64,000 nucleotides of DNA, from positions 512,001 to 576,000 of the forward strand of contig CAXXJJ010000004.1 of NCBI GenBank assembly GCA_963667015.2, read 5' to 3'. Shown piece by piece: positions 31,501 through 41,071 of this stretch. The DNA is from Desulfatiglandales bacterium (lineage in GTDB: Bacteria > Desulfobacterota > DSM-4660 > Desulfatiglandales > HGW-15). Numbering within the stretch: position 1 is the stretch's first letter; each line of letters begins with the position of its first letter. The notes beneath the pieces are model-generated. The model was not told where the DNA came from. It did not search any database and saw only the letters and a list, made by a program, of their open reading frames with translations. A program made the position numbers and the translations under genes.

Positions 31501-31528
31501 AAAGGGGTCAAATCTCCTATTAGCTCAT
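31501..31528. repeat. 28-bp inverted repeat, right copy
   Basis: AAAGGGGTCAAATCTCCTATTAGCTCAT, preceded by a duplicated AAAGGGGTCT. Confidence 0.92.
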
Positions 31529-31584
31529 AATGATGTTTTGCTCAATTTTACTGATTTTCATTTTTAATTTCTTGTCTGTAAAGT

Positions 31585-31670
31585 GGGACGTTGTTAGGTT
31601 ATAAGGTTGGCGTTAATAAACCTAACAACCTTACAGCGTCCCCATTTTCATTACAGCGTCCCCATTTTCA
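31585..31670. repeat. GGGAC-family hairpin with a perfect 20-bp tandem duplication of its right end
   Basis: GGGACGTTGTTAGGTTATAAGGTT..AACCTAACAACC then TTACAGCGTCCCCATTTTCA twice (31631-31670), 8 bp from the 31679 stop. Confidence 0.88.
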
Positions 31671-31678
31671 GATCTCTA

Positions 31679-32887
31679 TCAAATAGCTTTATCTGGAATC
31701 CTTGGCAAACCCTGTCGCTGCAGATATAAGGAATATCTTTGTTGAACACGAGTAATATATGGCGGTTGGAGTCGACCGATTCTTTTATTCTTTATGTCCT
31801 TCCATTTCTTTTTCGTGATATCTTTAAACCGAAAGTCAAATGTATTCCCATTTAACATACTAAATACAATCGTTTGATTATCTAATTCACTAAAGTTTCC
31901 ATATTTTTTATTAAAAGTTTCTTTTTCTTTTTTAGGAGAAAGCTTTGAACCTTTTAGTAAGTATAATTCAACATCATCAATACTTGAATTGGTATTGTTT
32001 CTATCTGGGATACAATCACAATCAGGGCGTATATTTAGATATATTTTTTTCTTTCCGTTCTCTTTTATTTCGAATAAATCTCCTGATGCTATTGAATTTG
32101 AATCCATCTGATCCTTTCTAATGAAACGTTCTCCTTCCAGCACGCTGCGTATTTCTGTCTTGCTTGGAATTTTACTTCTTTTTTTTAAAGTATTATCATT
32201 AAATGAAAATGGAGCCATCCTAGAATAAATATTTTTAGTTATTATTTCACCGAGTTCTTGGGCCATATTTACACCGTCTTCTCGGAAGTTTTTCCACAGG
32301 ATATTCGGCCAAAAAGGACTCATAGAATAAAAATCCTTAAATAATTGAGTCTTTGCTACACGATATTGCATTTCCCATTTTTTCAATACATATATCGATG
32401 GATTATCTTTTATCCATTTCTCTAAAGTTCGAAATAATTTTACACTTCCAAAAAGATCACGCTTTCTTTTTATAAATATAGTATTAGGTTTACCTTTTTT
32501 GTATAATCCGTTTTCATGTAAAATATTTTCTACTCGATCTATATCTTCATTTGTAAATATAAAAATTGGTATAAAGAAAGAATCTTGCATTTTTTTTAAA
32601 AAGCTTATATTTTCCTCTTCAGCAATTTCATTAAGTGCATTAGGAACTACTACACCTTCTGGTACATGTTCCGCTAAATTATCAGGTTGAAGTTTCCAAT
32701 CAAGAAGAAGGAAAGAGATATTAGCGAAGTGTTTTGTTATATCCAATTCAGGTAATTCAGAGTATGTCACACAAGGCATATTTCTATTTTTTATTTGTTT
32801 TATAAGATTGTTAATTTCTTTTTCTTCTTTTCCAATCTGATCATCTATGATTACGGCAAATCCATCAAAAATATTGTTAGCATCCAT
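31679..32887 (-). CDS. Receiver-domain protein with uncharacterised C-terminal domain
   Basis: AVIIDDQ, LLLDWKL, IFIFTN; C-terminal SGDLF..RPDCDC..RQGLP. Confidence 0.72.
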   Translation of the reverse strand: MDANNIFDGFAVIIDDQIGKEEKEINNLIKQIKNRNMPCVTYSELPELDITKHFANISFLLLDWKLQPDNLAEHVPEGVVVPNALNEIAEEENISFLKKMQDSFFIPIFIFTNEDIDRVENILHENGLYKKGKPNTIFIKRKRDLFGSVKLFRTLEKWIKDNPSIYVLKKWEMQYRVAKTQLFKDFYSMSPFWPNILWKNFREDGVNMAQELGEIITKNIYSRMAPFSFNDNTLKKRSKIPSKTEIRSVLEGERFIRKDQMDSNSIASGDLFEIKENGKKKIYLNIRPDCDCIPDRNNTNSSIDDVELYLLKGSKLSPKKEKETFNKKYGNFSELDNQTIVFSMLNGNTFDFRFKDITKKKWKDIKNKRIGRLQPPYITRVQQRYSLYLQRQGLPRIPDKAI

Positions 32888-35164
32888 TTACTGTGCCTCC
32901 GATACGAAACTCACAACAAAATTAGCTCCAGATAAAATTTTTTCAGACTTTAATTGCGAAAAATCGATAGCATAATCATTGCGTTCAAGAAGTTGTCTCG
33001 CAATGTACAAGCCTAAACCACGACCATCTTCTCCTTTCCCAGAATAAAATGGTTCAAAAATATAGGCTTCATCTTCCTTTTCTACTCCTGGACCATTATC
33101 AGAAAAAATCAATTTCCCATCATCACCATCAAGCAAAATTTCAATTTTTTTGTTAATTTTTGACGTTTGTTGTAGCCAATATACAGCATTATCAAATAGA
33201 TTGAGGAATAATTGTAGCAAAACAGCATCGGTGGTTTTTGCGACTAATGGTGAACCTTTTTTTTGTATATTTAATTTAATGCCTTCTTTTTTTAAGATTC
33301 TTTTGTATATTCTTTCAACTTTTTCTAATACATCTTTAACCTTAATATTTCTCCGCCTCTGTTTGGAGGATTTAAATAATAATTGTACATCTTTTAGTTG
33401 TGCTTCAATGAATGCTAGCATTCCACGCAAAGTCTGAAACTCTTTATTTAGTTCGTTTTGATCGATTTCATAATTATGCATTGTTTCCGCAATAAGAGAA
33501 TCTAATGTGCTCATGGCCTTTCCCATGATAGCCATAATATCATGAGAGGCTGTCTCAACAGAAAGGCCTACACCCGCTAAGTCCTCTGTTGTTTCTGCAC
33601 GTTGGATTAAATATTTTCGCTCAGTATTATAAGCAGTTTTAGCTTTTTGTATAAGATTAAGAGCGTTTTTGCTATGCTTAACTTCATCTTTTAAGTTTCC
33701 TAGAATATTATTTACAAATTCAATTTTATGAAGATCTTGCGCTTTTTTATTTTTAATATCAATTCTATACCTTTTATAAGGTTTATCCCTAAGATAACGA
33801 AGGATAGTACGTAGTAGAGCTATAAAATCTTCAGTAGCATTTCCCTCATCGATCAAACCTTCACGATTGGTTTTATCTTTTAGGTATGGATTCTCTTTCT
33901 GTGTAATATTCACATAACCCACGACTTGATCATTGCTTAAAAATTGTGCGGCACTTACAGTACCTCTATGTATATCAATACCAAGCCAATCATCATCAGG
34001 TTCTCCATAGGGATATACTCGTATCCCGTCTCTGTATAAATAAATTCTATGATCTTTTATAATTAGTTTGTCCTCTTTATTATCAAGACGGTATTTAATA
34101 GGCGCTTCTATACTAAAATCGAATAAATAAAAACCAAATCTGAATGACCCGCATTCTGTATACCTTTCATCTAGCTCTTCCCCTTTCGCTCCAAACCGTT
34201 CTTTGAAGACATTTAACCCAGATATTACGGGGTCACTTAGTTTTAAGACTTGTGGTTTACCATTAAGTTTAAAACGAAATTCCTCTTTATTTTCATCATA
34301 TATTCCGTTCTCAACTTGTATTACCGATCGATTCTCTAAAAGTACTTTGAGCTTTTCTATATATTGTTCATGATATTTCTGAAGATCTTTGTCTTTATAT
34401 AACCAAACAGTAAATGATTTTTTTTTATTTTCTTGTCTTTCTATTTTTCCCTTCTTAGAAAATATATTTTCAAGTTTAGATATATCTTTATATACTTGTT
34501 TAACTTTATTATTTGTCCAACTACCTTTTAAGTCAGATATTTCTATCTTTGTCCCATAGGGCTTTCTTTCGTATTTATTAATTCCTAGTTTTATAGTCCC
34601 CTTCTTTATATTTCTTGGTGCGCGAGTGTTCATTGTAACGGTTAAGTCATCCAGGAATATATCTTTCTCTATTATATTTTTCTTTTTATTATTATCTTTC
34701 TGTTCTGTAAGAAAGTCATCGTCATACATTGAGAAGTCGTAGTCCAGTACATATTCAATATTTTCATCAGCAGGCCTTGTAATAATATTTATTTTCCTGC
34801 CAAGTTTTAAAATTGCAAAACGTCCAATTCCTTTTTCTCCCTGTATTACTCTACCTTTTAAGGTAGTATCTTTCTTTTTCTTCTTTCTTTTTTTATCTGG
34901 TGTTGCAGGGTTGAGCCAATGATTAATTATTGTATCTTCATCCATGCCGTATCCATCATCTTCTATTATGATACGAGAATTACTTTTAATCTTATAGTTT
35001 TCTCCAAAGCCTTCAAATGATACTTTTACCCATGAGGCATCAGCATCATATGCATTTTTTAAGATTTCAATTAATGCAATCCGCTCATTCTTTATCAATT
35101 GCTCACCTAGCATAGTAAGCAGTCTAGCATAAGGTCGTATTTTTAAAATTTGTGGCTCTGCCAT
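32888..35164 (-). CDS. MORC-like GHKL ATPase fused to a histidine kinase module
   Basis: EILKNAYDA, DDGYGM, GEKGIGRFA, YRDGIRVYPYG, DKTNREGL; then ASHDI, NLFDNA, DNGPG, FEPFYSGK, GRGLGL. Confidence 0.88.
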   Translation of the reverse strand: MAEPQILKIRPYARLLTMLGEQLIKNERIALIEILKNAYDADASWVKVSFEGFGENYKIKSNSRIIIEDDGYGMDEDTIINHWLNPATPDKKRKKKKKDTTLKGRVIQGEKGIGRFAILKLGRKINIITRPADENIEYVLDYDFSMYDDDFLTEQKDNNKKKNIIEKDIFLDDLTVTMNTRAPRNIKKGTIKLGINKYERKPYGTKIEISDLKGSWTNNKVKQVYKDISKLENIFSKKGKIERQENKKKSFTVWLYKDKDLQKYHEQYIEKLKVLLENRSVIQVENGIYDENKEEFRFKLNGKPQVLKLSDPVISGLNVFKERFGAKGEELDERYTECGSFRFGFYLFDFSIEAPIKYRLDNKEDKLIIKDHRIYLYRDGIRVYPYGEPDDDWLGIDIHRGTVSAAQFLSNDQVVGYVNITQKENPYLKDKTNREGLIDEGNATEDFIALLRTILRYLRDKPYKRYRIDIKNKKAQDLHKIEFVNNILGNLKDEVKHSKNALNLIQKAKTAYNTERKYLIQRAETTEDLAGVGLSVETASHDIMAIMGKAMSTLDSLIAETMHNYEIDQNELNKEFQTLRGMLAFIEAQLKDVQLLFKSSKQRRRNIKVKDVLEKVERIYKRILKKEGIKLNIQKKGSPLVAKTTDAVLLQLFLNLFDNAVYWLQQTSKINKKIEILLDGDDGKLIFSDNGPGVEKEDEAYIFEPFYSGKGEDGRGLGLYIARQLLERNDYAIDFSQLKSEKILSGANFVVSFVSEAQ

Positions 35165-36426
35165 TATTTTATTCCTATCAGAATAAATTCTTCACTATAT
35201 ACTTTTCTACCACCATCATCTCTAGTAAACCTACCTACTTTATCTCTATATGGCGTTAATATTTTTTTACTAATTTTTCGTTTTGTGACGAGTATTTCTT
35301 TAAATCCACTTTTTTTAAGAGATTCAGCAAGATGTTTTGTATTATTGATTCTGACGTTTTTATATTCTGTATTTCCAATAACAAATAATGCCATACCATT
35401 TTCTGATAACATCGAATGACATATTTTTGCCGTCGCTTGCATATCAAGAAAATATTTGGCAACCGATCTGGCTTTTGATTTTTGTTTTTCAAATAATCTG
35501 AAGACAATTTTTGTACCTGTATTATTAAGTCGTTTTAACTCTCGATCAAAATTATACACATGATGCAGACTACCTATCGAACCATCGCGTAAATCTCTAT
35601 AGTCTTGGGAGTAATCTAACCATAATGACGAAAGTTGATGTAAGTCAGCATACTCATATGATGTAACATATGGAGGGCTAGTAATAATCATTTCAACATT
35701 TGGTAGCTTAGTATTAGTTTTTAAAATATTTGTAGTAACAATCTTTGTATTTGAATTATGTGAGACATCACTCTCATTGTTTGCCGTAATCATAAAAGAG
35801 CATTGATCATCAAATGAAGATATAACATCGGCTGGTTTTTTAATCGGATCTATTTGAGGTTTTATGGATTTTGTGAGCCACCTAGAAGTGGCTTTCAGAA
35901 TATTGGAAAATGCACATAGAAAAAATAGACGATAGTGGCTATGTTTAGGGATACTATTTACAATGGCTTTTTTTAAATAAAATAAATCATTGTAATGATC
36001 AGCATCATACCAGTACTTTAATCTTTCATTAGCTTCATCATAGTAGTTTTTCTTTTTAATTCTGGAGTATGCTTTTTTTATTAAATCAGAATACTCATAA
36101 AGTTTTTTCTCTTTATAATTCTGACTTTTTGCTTTTGCTATCATTGTCGCAATAGGATTAATATCACAGCCCCAAAAATCGATATTTTTTCTTTTTGACT
36201 CGAAGGCGACCGTGCCACATCCGCAAAAGATATCCGCTATTCTCGAAGGACTCCCTACATTATTAGATGTAAATTCAAGAGCCTTTGTCGTAATAAATGC
36301 TGGAAATTTTGCAGGATATGAATGTATTCGATGCATTTTTAATTCTTTTTCACTTCCTGTATTCCAGAATGGGTCTATAGGAATTGAATCAAAATCTAAT
36401 TTATTTACATTATTGACTGTAATCAT
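35164..36426 (-). CDS. Amino-DNA methyltransferase (SPPY, probably m4C)
   Basis: HSYPAKF and DIFCGCGT (motif I) precede ITSPPY (motif IV). Confidence 0.88.
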   Translation of the reverse strand: MITVNNVNKLDFDSIPIDPFWNTGSEKELKMHRIHSYPAKFPAFITTKALEFTSNNVGSPSRIADIFCGCGTVAFESKRKNIDFWGCDINPIATMIAKAKSQNYKEKKLYEYSDLIKKAYSRIKKKNYYDEANERLKYWYDADHYNDLFYLKKAIVNSIPKHSHYRLFFLCAFSNILKATSRWLTKSIKPQIDPIKKPADVISSFDDQCSFMITANNESDVSHNSNTKIVTTNILKTNTKLPNVEMIITSPPYVTSYEYADLHQLSSLWLDYSQDYRDLRDGSIGSLHHVYNFDRELKRLNNTGTKIVFRLFEKQKSKARSVAKYFLDMQATAKICHSMLSENGMALFVIGNTEYKNVRINNTKHLAESLKKSGFKEILVTKRKISKKILTPYRDKVGRFTRDDGGRKVYSEEFILIGIK

Positions 36427-36835
36427 GTGTTTATGGCCTTGGCAGGAAAAACCTTTAATAAACTTTAGTTAATATTGAGAAGAATATATTATTCGTTTTC
36501 AATATATTAAATATCCATAATGCTAATTATATTATATAATAGTTAAATTAGGCCTAACCATATAACATATGGCAGTTCTAATGCAAGATTAAAACATTAT
36601 GCATAAGAATACTAAACTCAATTAAATAACAAAAGTTTCACAGTTGATAAATTGGGTTCATCCGGTTAATGAGTACATAATGTAAACAGGGACACCCTTA
36701 ACTTATTAACTTAAAGTATTTCCTTTGATTTATTAACTATATTCTCATGCTTGGAAATCACAAATTTTGTTTCATATGTCGATGTCTGATCTCTTTAATG
36801 CTTTTTTATCTTGCGTTACAGTTTGATATTTATCT

Positions 36836-37384
36836 CTAAAGCTCTTTATTAATATATGTTTCAGTTGCAGTAACAAGATCGGTAATGAAGCGAATATGTT
36901 TACGTAAATCATCTCGTGTAACGATATGTGGTTCTGAATGCCCATCAACCGGGCGTAGGGACCGATGGGCTATATTTCCACGCTTTTTAACAATTAAGTC
37001 GAGTTCTTTACTAGCTCTAGTCGCATCGTAATTGTTCCATACCCATCCTTCAGATATATTTATGCCTAAATACTTTTGAAAGATTTTCTTTACCCTATCA
37101 GTACTCGGAGTATGAAAATATTTTAAGTCATTATCTAGCGAAGATTTATAAAATCTAACAAGGAATCCTTCTTCTGAACCACAACCAGACACTTGGTCCG
37201 CAGCTTCAACTATTCTGTCTTCCACGTATATCTCTAAAGCGGCTAGAGCCATTACGAGCCCTGCTCTTTTTAGAACTTCAGCCTCTGGGGGTGGGGGTTG
37301 TTTATTTAAAGTATCAAAATGGTTCATAAGATCTAACGAGTCTTGAATCGCATGTTCAAATGTTTGAAAAGCTTTTGAGTCCAT
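36836..37384 (-). CDS. HEPN-domain protein (RiboL-PSP-HEPN-like)
   Basis: RAGLVMALAALEIYVED; RxxxxH motif RGNIAH. Confidence 0.78.
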   Translation of the reverse strand: MDSKAFQTFEHAIQDSLDLMNHFDTLNKQPPPPEAEVLKRAGLVMALAALEIYVEDRIVEAADQVSGCGSEEGFLVRFYKSSLDNDLKYFHTPSTDRVKKIFQKYLGINISEGWVWNNYDATRASKELDLIVKKRGNIAHRSLRPVDGHSEPHIVTRDDLRKHIRFITDLVTATETYINKEL

Positions 37385-37424
37385 ATTTAATATTCCAATA
37401 AATCAGGGTTGATCATAGGTTAAC

Positions 37425-37599
37425 TGCAAAGGGGGAAGTACTTAAATAATCAAATATCATTTTCCCCTCTTGTTAAAATATGATAATGGTTTTTATTTTA
37501 AACCTGGTAGTAATTTATTTTGAAAAACTTGTAAGGCAGTACGTCTTTATGCCTGAAATGAAACAGTTATTCTTAAAACTTATTTAAGAATAATTCAAG
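37425..37599. repeat. Variant of the 159-bp element
   Basis: TGCAAAGGGGGAAGTACTTAAATAATCAAATATCATTTTCCCCTC..TTATTCTTAAAACTTATTTAAGAATAATTCAAG. Confidence 0.88.
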
Positions 37600-37749
37600 A
37601 TTCAAGCCCGGTGAAATCCGCTTTGTTGTCGTAATTATGAATTTCACTGGCTAAAGATTCATGGAAGAAGATAGGGGTGTTCATACTGAGCGTGCACAGT
37701 TATTTCAATTCACGTTCTGCACAAACGCCCCCTTTTTCAATTCATAAAG

Positions 37750-38745
37750 CTATTTATATTTTTGTTTCTTAAAAAAGTGCCAAGGAAACCAATAAGGAGA
37801 CTGCTTTAATCCTTCTTTATAATTAGCCTTCTCTTTCAAATATTTGACTCCCGTCCACGCTGCTGAAGAAGAGACAATATACTTTATTATTTCTGCACTA
37901 TTTGGAATACAAATTGATACAAGGGTTGCACAAAGACCTACAATTACTTCAACGCCTCTCCAATTAAGTTTTTTATGTAATTTTTTACACTCAATATCAA
38001 GTTTTAAAAATTCAATATCAATTTCTTTAAGAATTAAATCAATTTCATTTTCGGATTTTGCTGATTGTAATTTGACCGCCAAGGACTCTATTGTCTTTAT
38101 GTAATAAGAATAATTAAGTTTGTATTCATCAATTTCAGAGATATTGATATAATTAGAATTGGGAATATAAAAATAAGGACGTGCTACTTGAAAAGTAATG
38201 GTTCCATTAACACGATCCGGATTGATCATATCTACAATTTGAGGAGAGTTAGAAAAAATATCCCAGTCATCTTGTATAAATTTCGTATTAAATACAGTGA
38301 TATCAGTGTAATCACTACCAGCTAAATTAGTATCTATGTATTCATGGGATGGTAATATTACACATTTATTTTTTAACAATAAATATTTTAATTTTGTTGT
38401 TACCTCCAGTAAAATCTCAGGTATTTCAATGTTTGTAATTATTCCATATCCACCTATTGCATTCAATTCAGTAGCATTAATAAATGGTGTTATTATTATA
38501 GGGATTCTACCGGCTACAATTGTCGAAACCACATTAAAAATGATTTCATTTGAAGACTGTGCTCCTTTTGTTTTATTAATTTCATATGGAACAAAGCTAT
38601 CAATATTTGTTTTTGAAGATAACCAGCCTTTGATTAGAATTGAATGCGTCCGATAAATCTGAGAAATTTTAGCGGCATCAAGATTAGCTTTTTTATCTTT
38701 ATTGCTACTTGTATAAGAGAGCTTTTTAAAATCATTACCCCATTT
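37750..38745 (-). pseudogene. 5'-truncated AT-rich hypothetical gene
   Basis: Frame stays open about 70 codons upstream of the called GTG (38532), without an ATG, up to the 159-bp element. Confidence 0.6.
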
Positions 38746-39060
38746 GTAAAGGGGGACGTCCTTAAATAATCAAATAACATTTTCCCCTCTTGTTAAAATC
38801 GGAACACCTAATAATTTTTATTTTGGAAGACTTGTAAGGCAGTAAATCATTATACCTGAAATGATACAGTTATTCTTAAAACTTATTTAAGAATAATTCA
38901 ATTTGTAAAGGGGGACGTCCTTAAATAATCAAATAACATTTTCCCCTCTTGTTAAAATCGGAACACCTAATAATTTTTATTTTGGAAGACTTGTAAGGCA
39001 GTAAATCATTATACCTGAAATGATACAGTTATTCTTAAAACTTATTTAAGAATAATTCAA
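38743..39060. repeat. Perfect tandem duplication of the 159-bp element
   Basis: 38743-38901 is identical to 38902-39060. Confidence 0.95.
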
Positions 39061-39362
39061 GGTTCATTACTAGGCTGATAGACTGAAGGCTGAAGACTGT
39101 TAGAAAATGCGAAGAGATAAGATTTCTCAGTTACTCTTCGAAATGACAGGGGAAAAACAGACTGAAGCTTTTTAGGCGGAAGGCTGTTAGGGGTGTTGAT
39201 TAAAAATTCAATATTCAAGATTATTTAAAATAGGCTGAAGCAGTTTAGGCCGAAGGCTGTTAGGGAAAGAAAATACAGAGATCAGATATCGGAAATCGGA
39301 GGGCAGAAAACAGAAAATAGCGGTGTCGTGTCTTGAATCTTGAAAACACTATGAATGTATTT

Positions 39363-41032
39363 CCTGAATTTTGCACGAAAACGCATTTTCTATAGTTTAT
39401 TATTCAATTTTTATAAAGCTTATTTCTCCGTGCAAGAAATTTTGTGCACGAAGTACAACCAACTCAAATTACAGCTAAATTATTGCCGCACCAAGGTTTA
39501 GGCACTGCTCTCTTCATATCCAAATATTCCATGAACGACAGTAAGGCAGGTGTTCGGCTATCATGGATAGAGTACCTGACTTTATTCCGGTTTGATGCCA
39601 TGACAACCTTTGCGGCAATCATCAGCAAACGCAACCTTGCTATACGAACAGTATTTGTTTTTATCCCTTTAAGTGAAGCAGCCTGCGGTGCTGCCTCATC
39701 AGGTTGTTTGTCTTTGCAACTATTCTCAGCCATTATTTTCAAGTAGCGCCAGATATTATAGGCCAGCATTACAACTTGAAAATAAGCATAGTTATTTTTG
39801 AAACGTGATGAAGGAATGGCGTCAAGCCCTTCACGTTTTGATTCACCCACCAGGTTTTCAACATCTGCACGTTTATCATACAGGGCAATGACCTTATGAG
39901 CTTTTTGCCTGAGATCAGTGCTGAATATACGATAAGTATATTTATCTTCTTCAAACAGTTCGTACTGAGTATTTTGATCTTTGATATTTTCTTTGGGCAT
40001 TCTCATTGCAACAAACCTGACAGGTTCCTCCCACCCCTGAGGCTGGTATACGCAACTGTTGTACTCACACGCCTGTTTTTTGTTAGGCTGATACCAAAGT
40101 CGGGGATCAAATGGAGGATTGCATCCTTTGTTAGCAAAAATAAAATTATAGCCTTCTTCTATGCATTCATGAACACTTTCTGCACTTTGGAATTCCCCAT
40201 CCCCACGTACCAAAACCTGTTCAACGCAGCCAGGCAGCTGGCTTTTTATTTGGGAAATAAATTCCGCAGTTTCGATGCCTCCCATGGTTTCACCTCTACG
40301 AAGTTTGCCGATCAGATATTCCCTGCTTTCCTCAATAAAACACAGGACTGGTCGATAGCCTTTCTTTCCGCGGTTTTTAGTGTTGTGGCCTTTCCGAGCC
40401 CCCTGTTGATCTCCAAAAACTGTCTCGACTGTTGTGTCTATATCTAAGCAAACTTTGCGATAAGAAATATTGTTAAGGCTCCAGACACGCTCTCTAAGGA
40501 CTGCCATTACATTCAGTAAGGATTTCCCCTGATTGAGACCCATACTATTAACGTATCGCCAAAAAGTACTGGCAACAGGCAAGCTGGTAACCCTAAAAAA
40601 TCCGCAAAGCATCGAATCAAAACGTAAATATGAAAAATGCCATACCCTGTTGAAGCCTATAAATAGTAGCGTCAGCAGACCGACTACCATAGAATAGTGT
40701 CCCAGCTTGGGTTTCCGGCTAGGGGCTTTATATACAGATTCAAATATTTCCCGAAAATCAATCAGGTCTATAAATTTTATAATGGCCAAAAGCCCGCCAA
40801 ATGGGCTTAGCTGTTCACTGCATGTGTCATATGCTGTAGATGCATTGATATTTCTGGCATTTGAGTGATCTGTCTGGGTTCCTTTATTGTTGTACTTCTT
40901 AGTGAATTTTGATTTATTAGCTTTTACCATCTGGGTATCTCCTGTATTTATGGTTGTCTTTGTCAACTCCCATAATAACAGCGGTTCCCAGATGGTTTCT
41001 ATGTTTTTTTATTTTTTAATGCAAAATTCAGG
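39363..41032 (-). mobile_element. IS1380-family insertion sequence
   Basis: TIRs CCTGAATTTTGCA / TGCAAAATTCAGG; 5-bp TSD TATTT at 39358-39362 and 41033-41037. Confidence 0.9.
39464..40966 (-). CDS. IS1380-family DDE transposase
   Basis: LSPFGGL, LDIDTT..FGDQQG, GYRP, VRGDGEF, YDKRADVEN..ESK, LAYN. Confidence 0.9.
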   Translation of the reverse strand: MTKTTINTGDTQMVKANKSKFTKKYNNKGTQTDHSNARNINASTAYDTCSEQLSPFGGLLAIIKFIDLIDFREIFESVYKAPSRKPKLGHYSMVVGLLTLLFIGFNRVWHFSYLRFDSMLCGFFRVTSLPVASTFWRYVNSMGLNQGKSLLNVMAVLRERVWSLNNISYRKVCLDIDTTVETVFGDQQGARKGHNTKNRGKKGYRPVLCFIEESREYLIGKLRRGETMGGIETAEFISQIKSQLPGCVEQVLVRGDGEFQSAESVHECIEEGYNFIFANKGCNPPFDPRLWYQPNKKQACEYNSCVYQPQGWEEPVRFVAMRMPKENIKDQNTQYELFEEDKYTYRIFSTDLRQKAHKVIALYDKRADVENLVGESKREGLDAIPSSRFKNNYAYFQVVMLAYNIWRYLKIMAENSCKDKQPDEAAPQAASLKGIKTNTVRIARLRLLMIAAKVVMASNRNKVRYSIHDSRTPALLSFMEYLDMKRAVPKPWCGNNLAVI

Positions 41033-41071
41033 TATTTATTTCAAGATTCAAGACACGACACCAATGTGTAT

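Larger units (their letters stand above)
39322..41062. repeat. 24-bp perfect inverted repeat (hairpin split by IS1380)
   Basis: GGTGTCGTGTCTTGAATCTTGAAA (39322-39345) and TTTCAAGATTCAAGACACGACACC (41039-41062). Confidence 0.92.

Noticed and set aside
38743..39060. CRISPR array
   Set aside because: Units are 159 bp with no unique spacers; no cas genes and no regular repeat-spacer period anywhere in the window
39322..39345. 24-bp inverted repeat as the IS1380 TIR
   Set aside because: Inner CCTGAATTTTGCA repeats with a TATTT duplication define the IS; the outer repeat is the target
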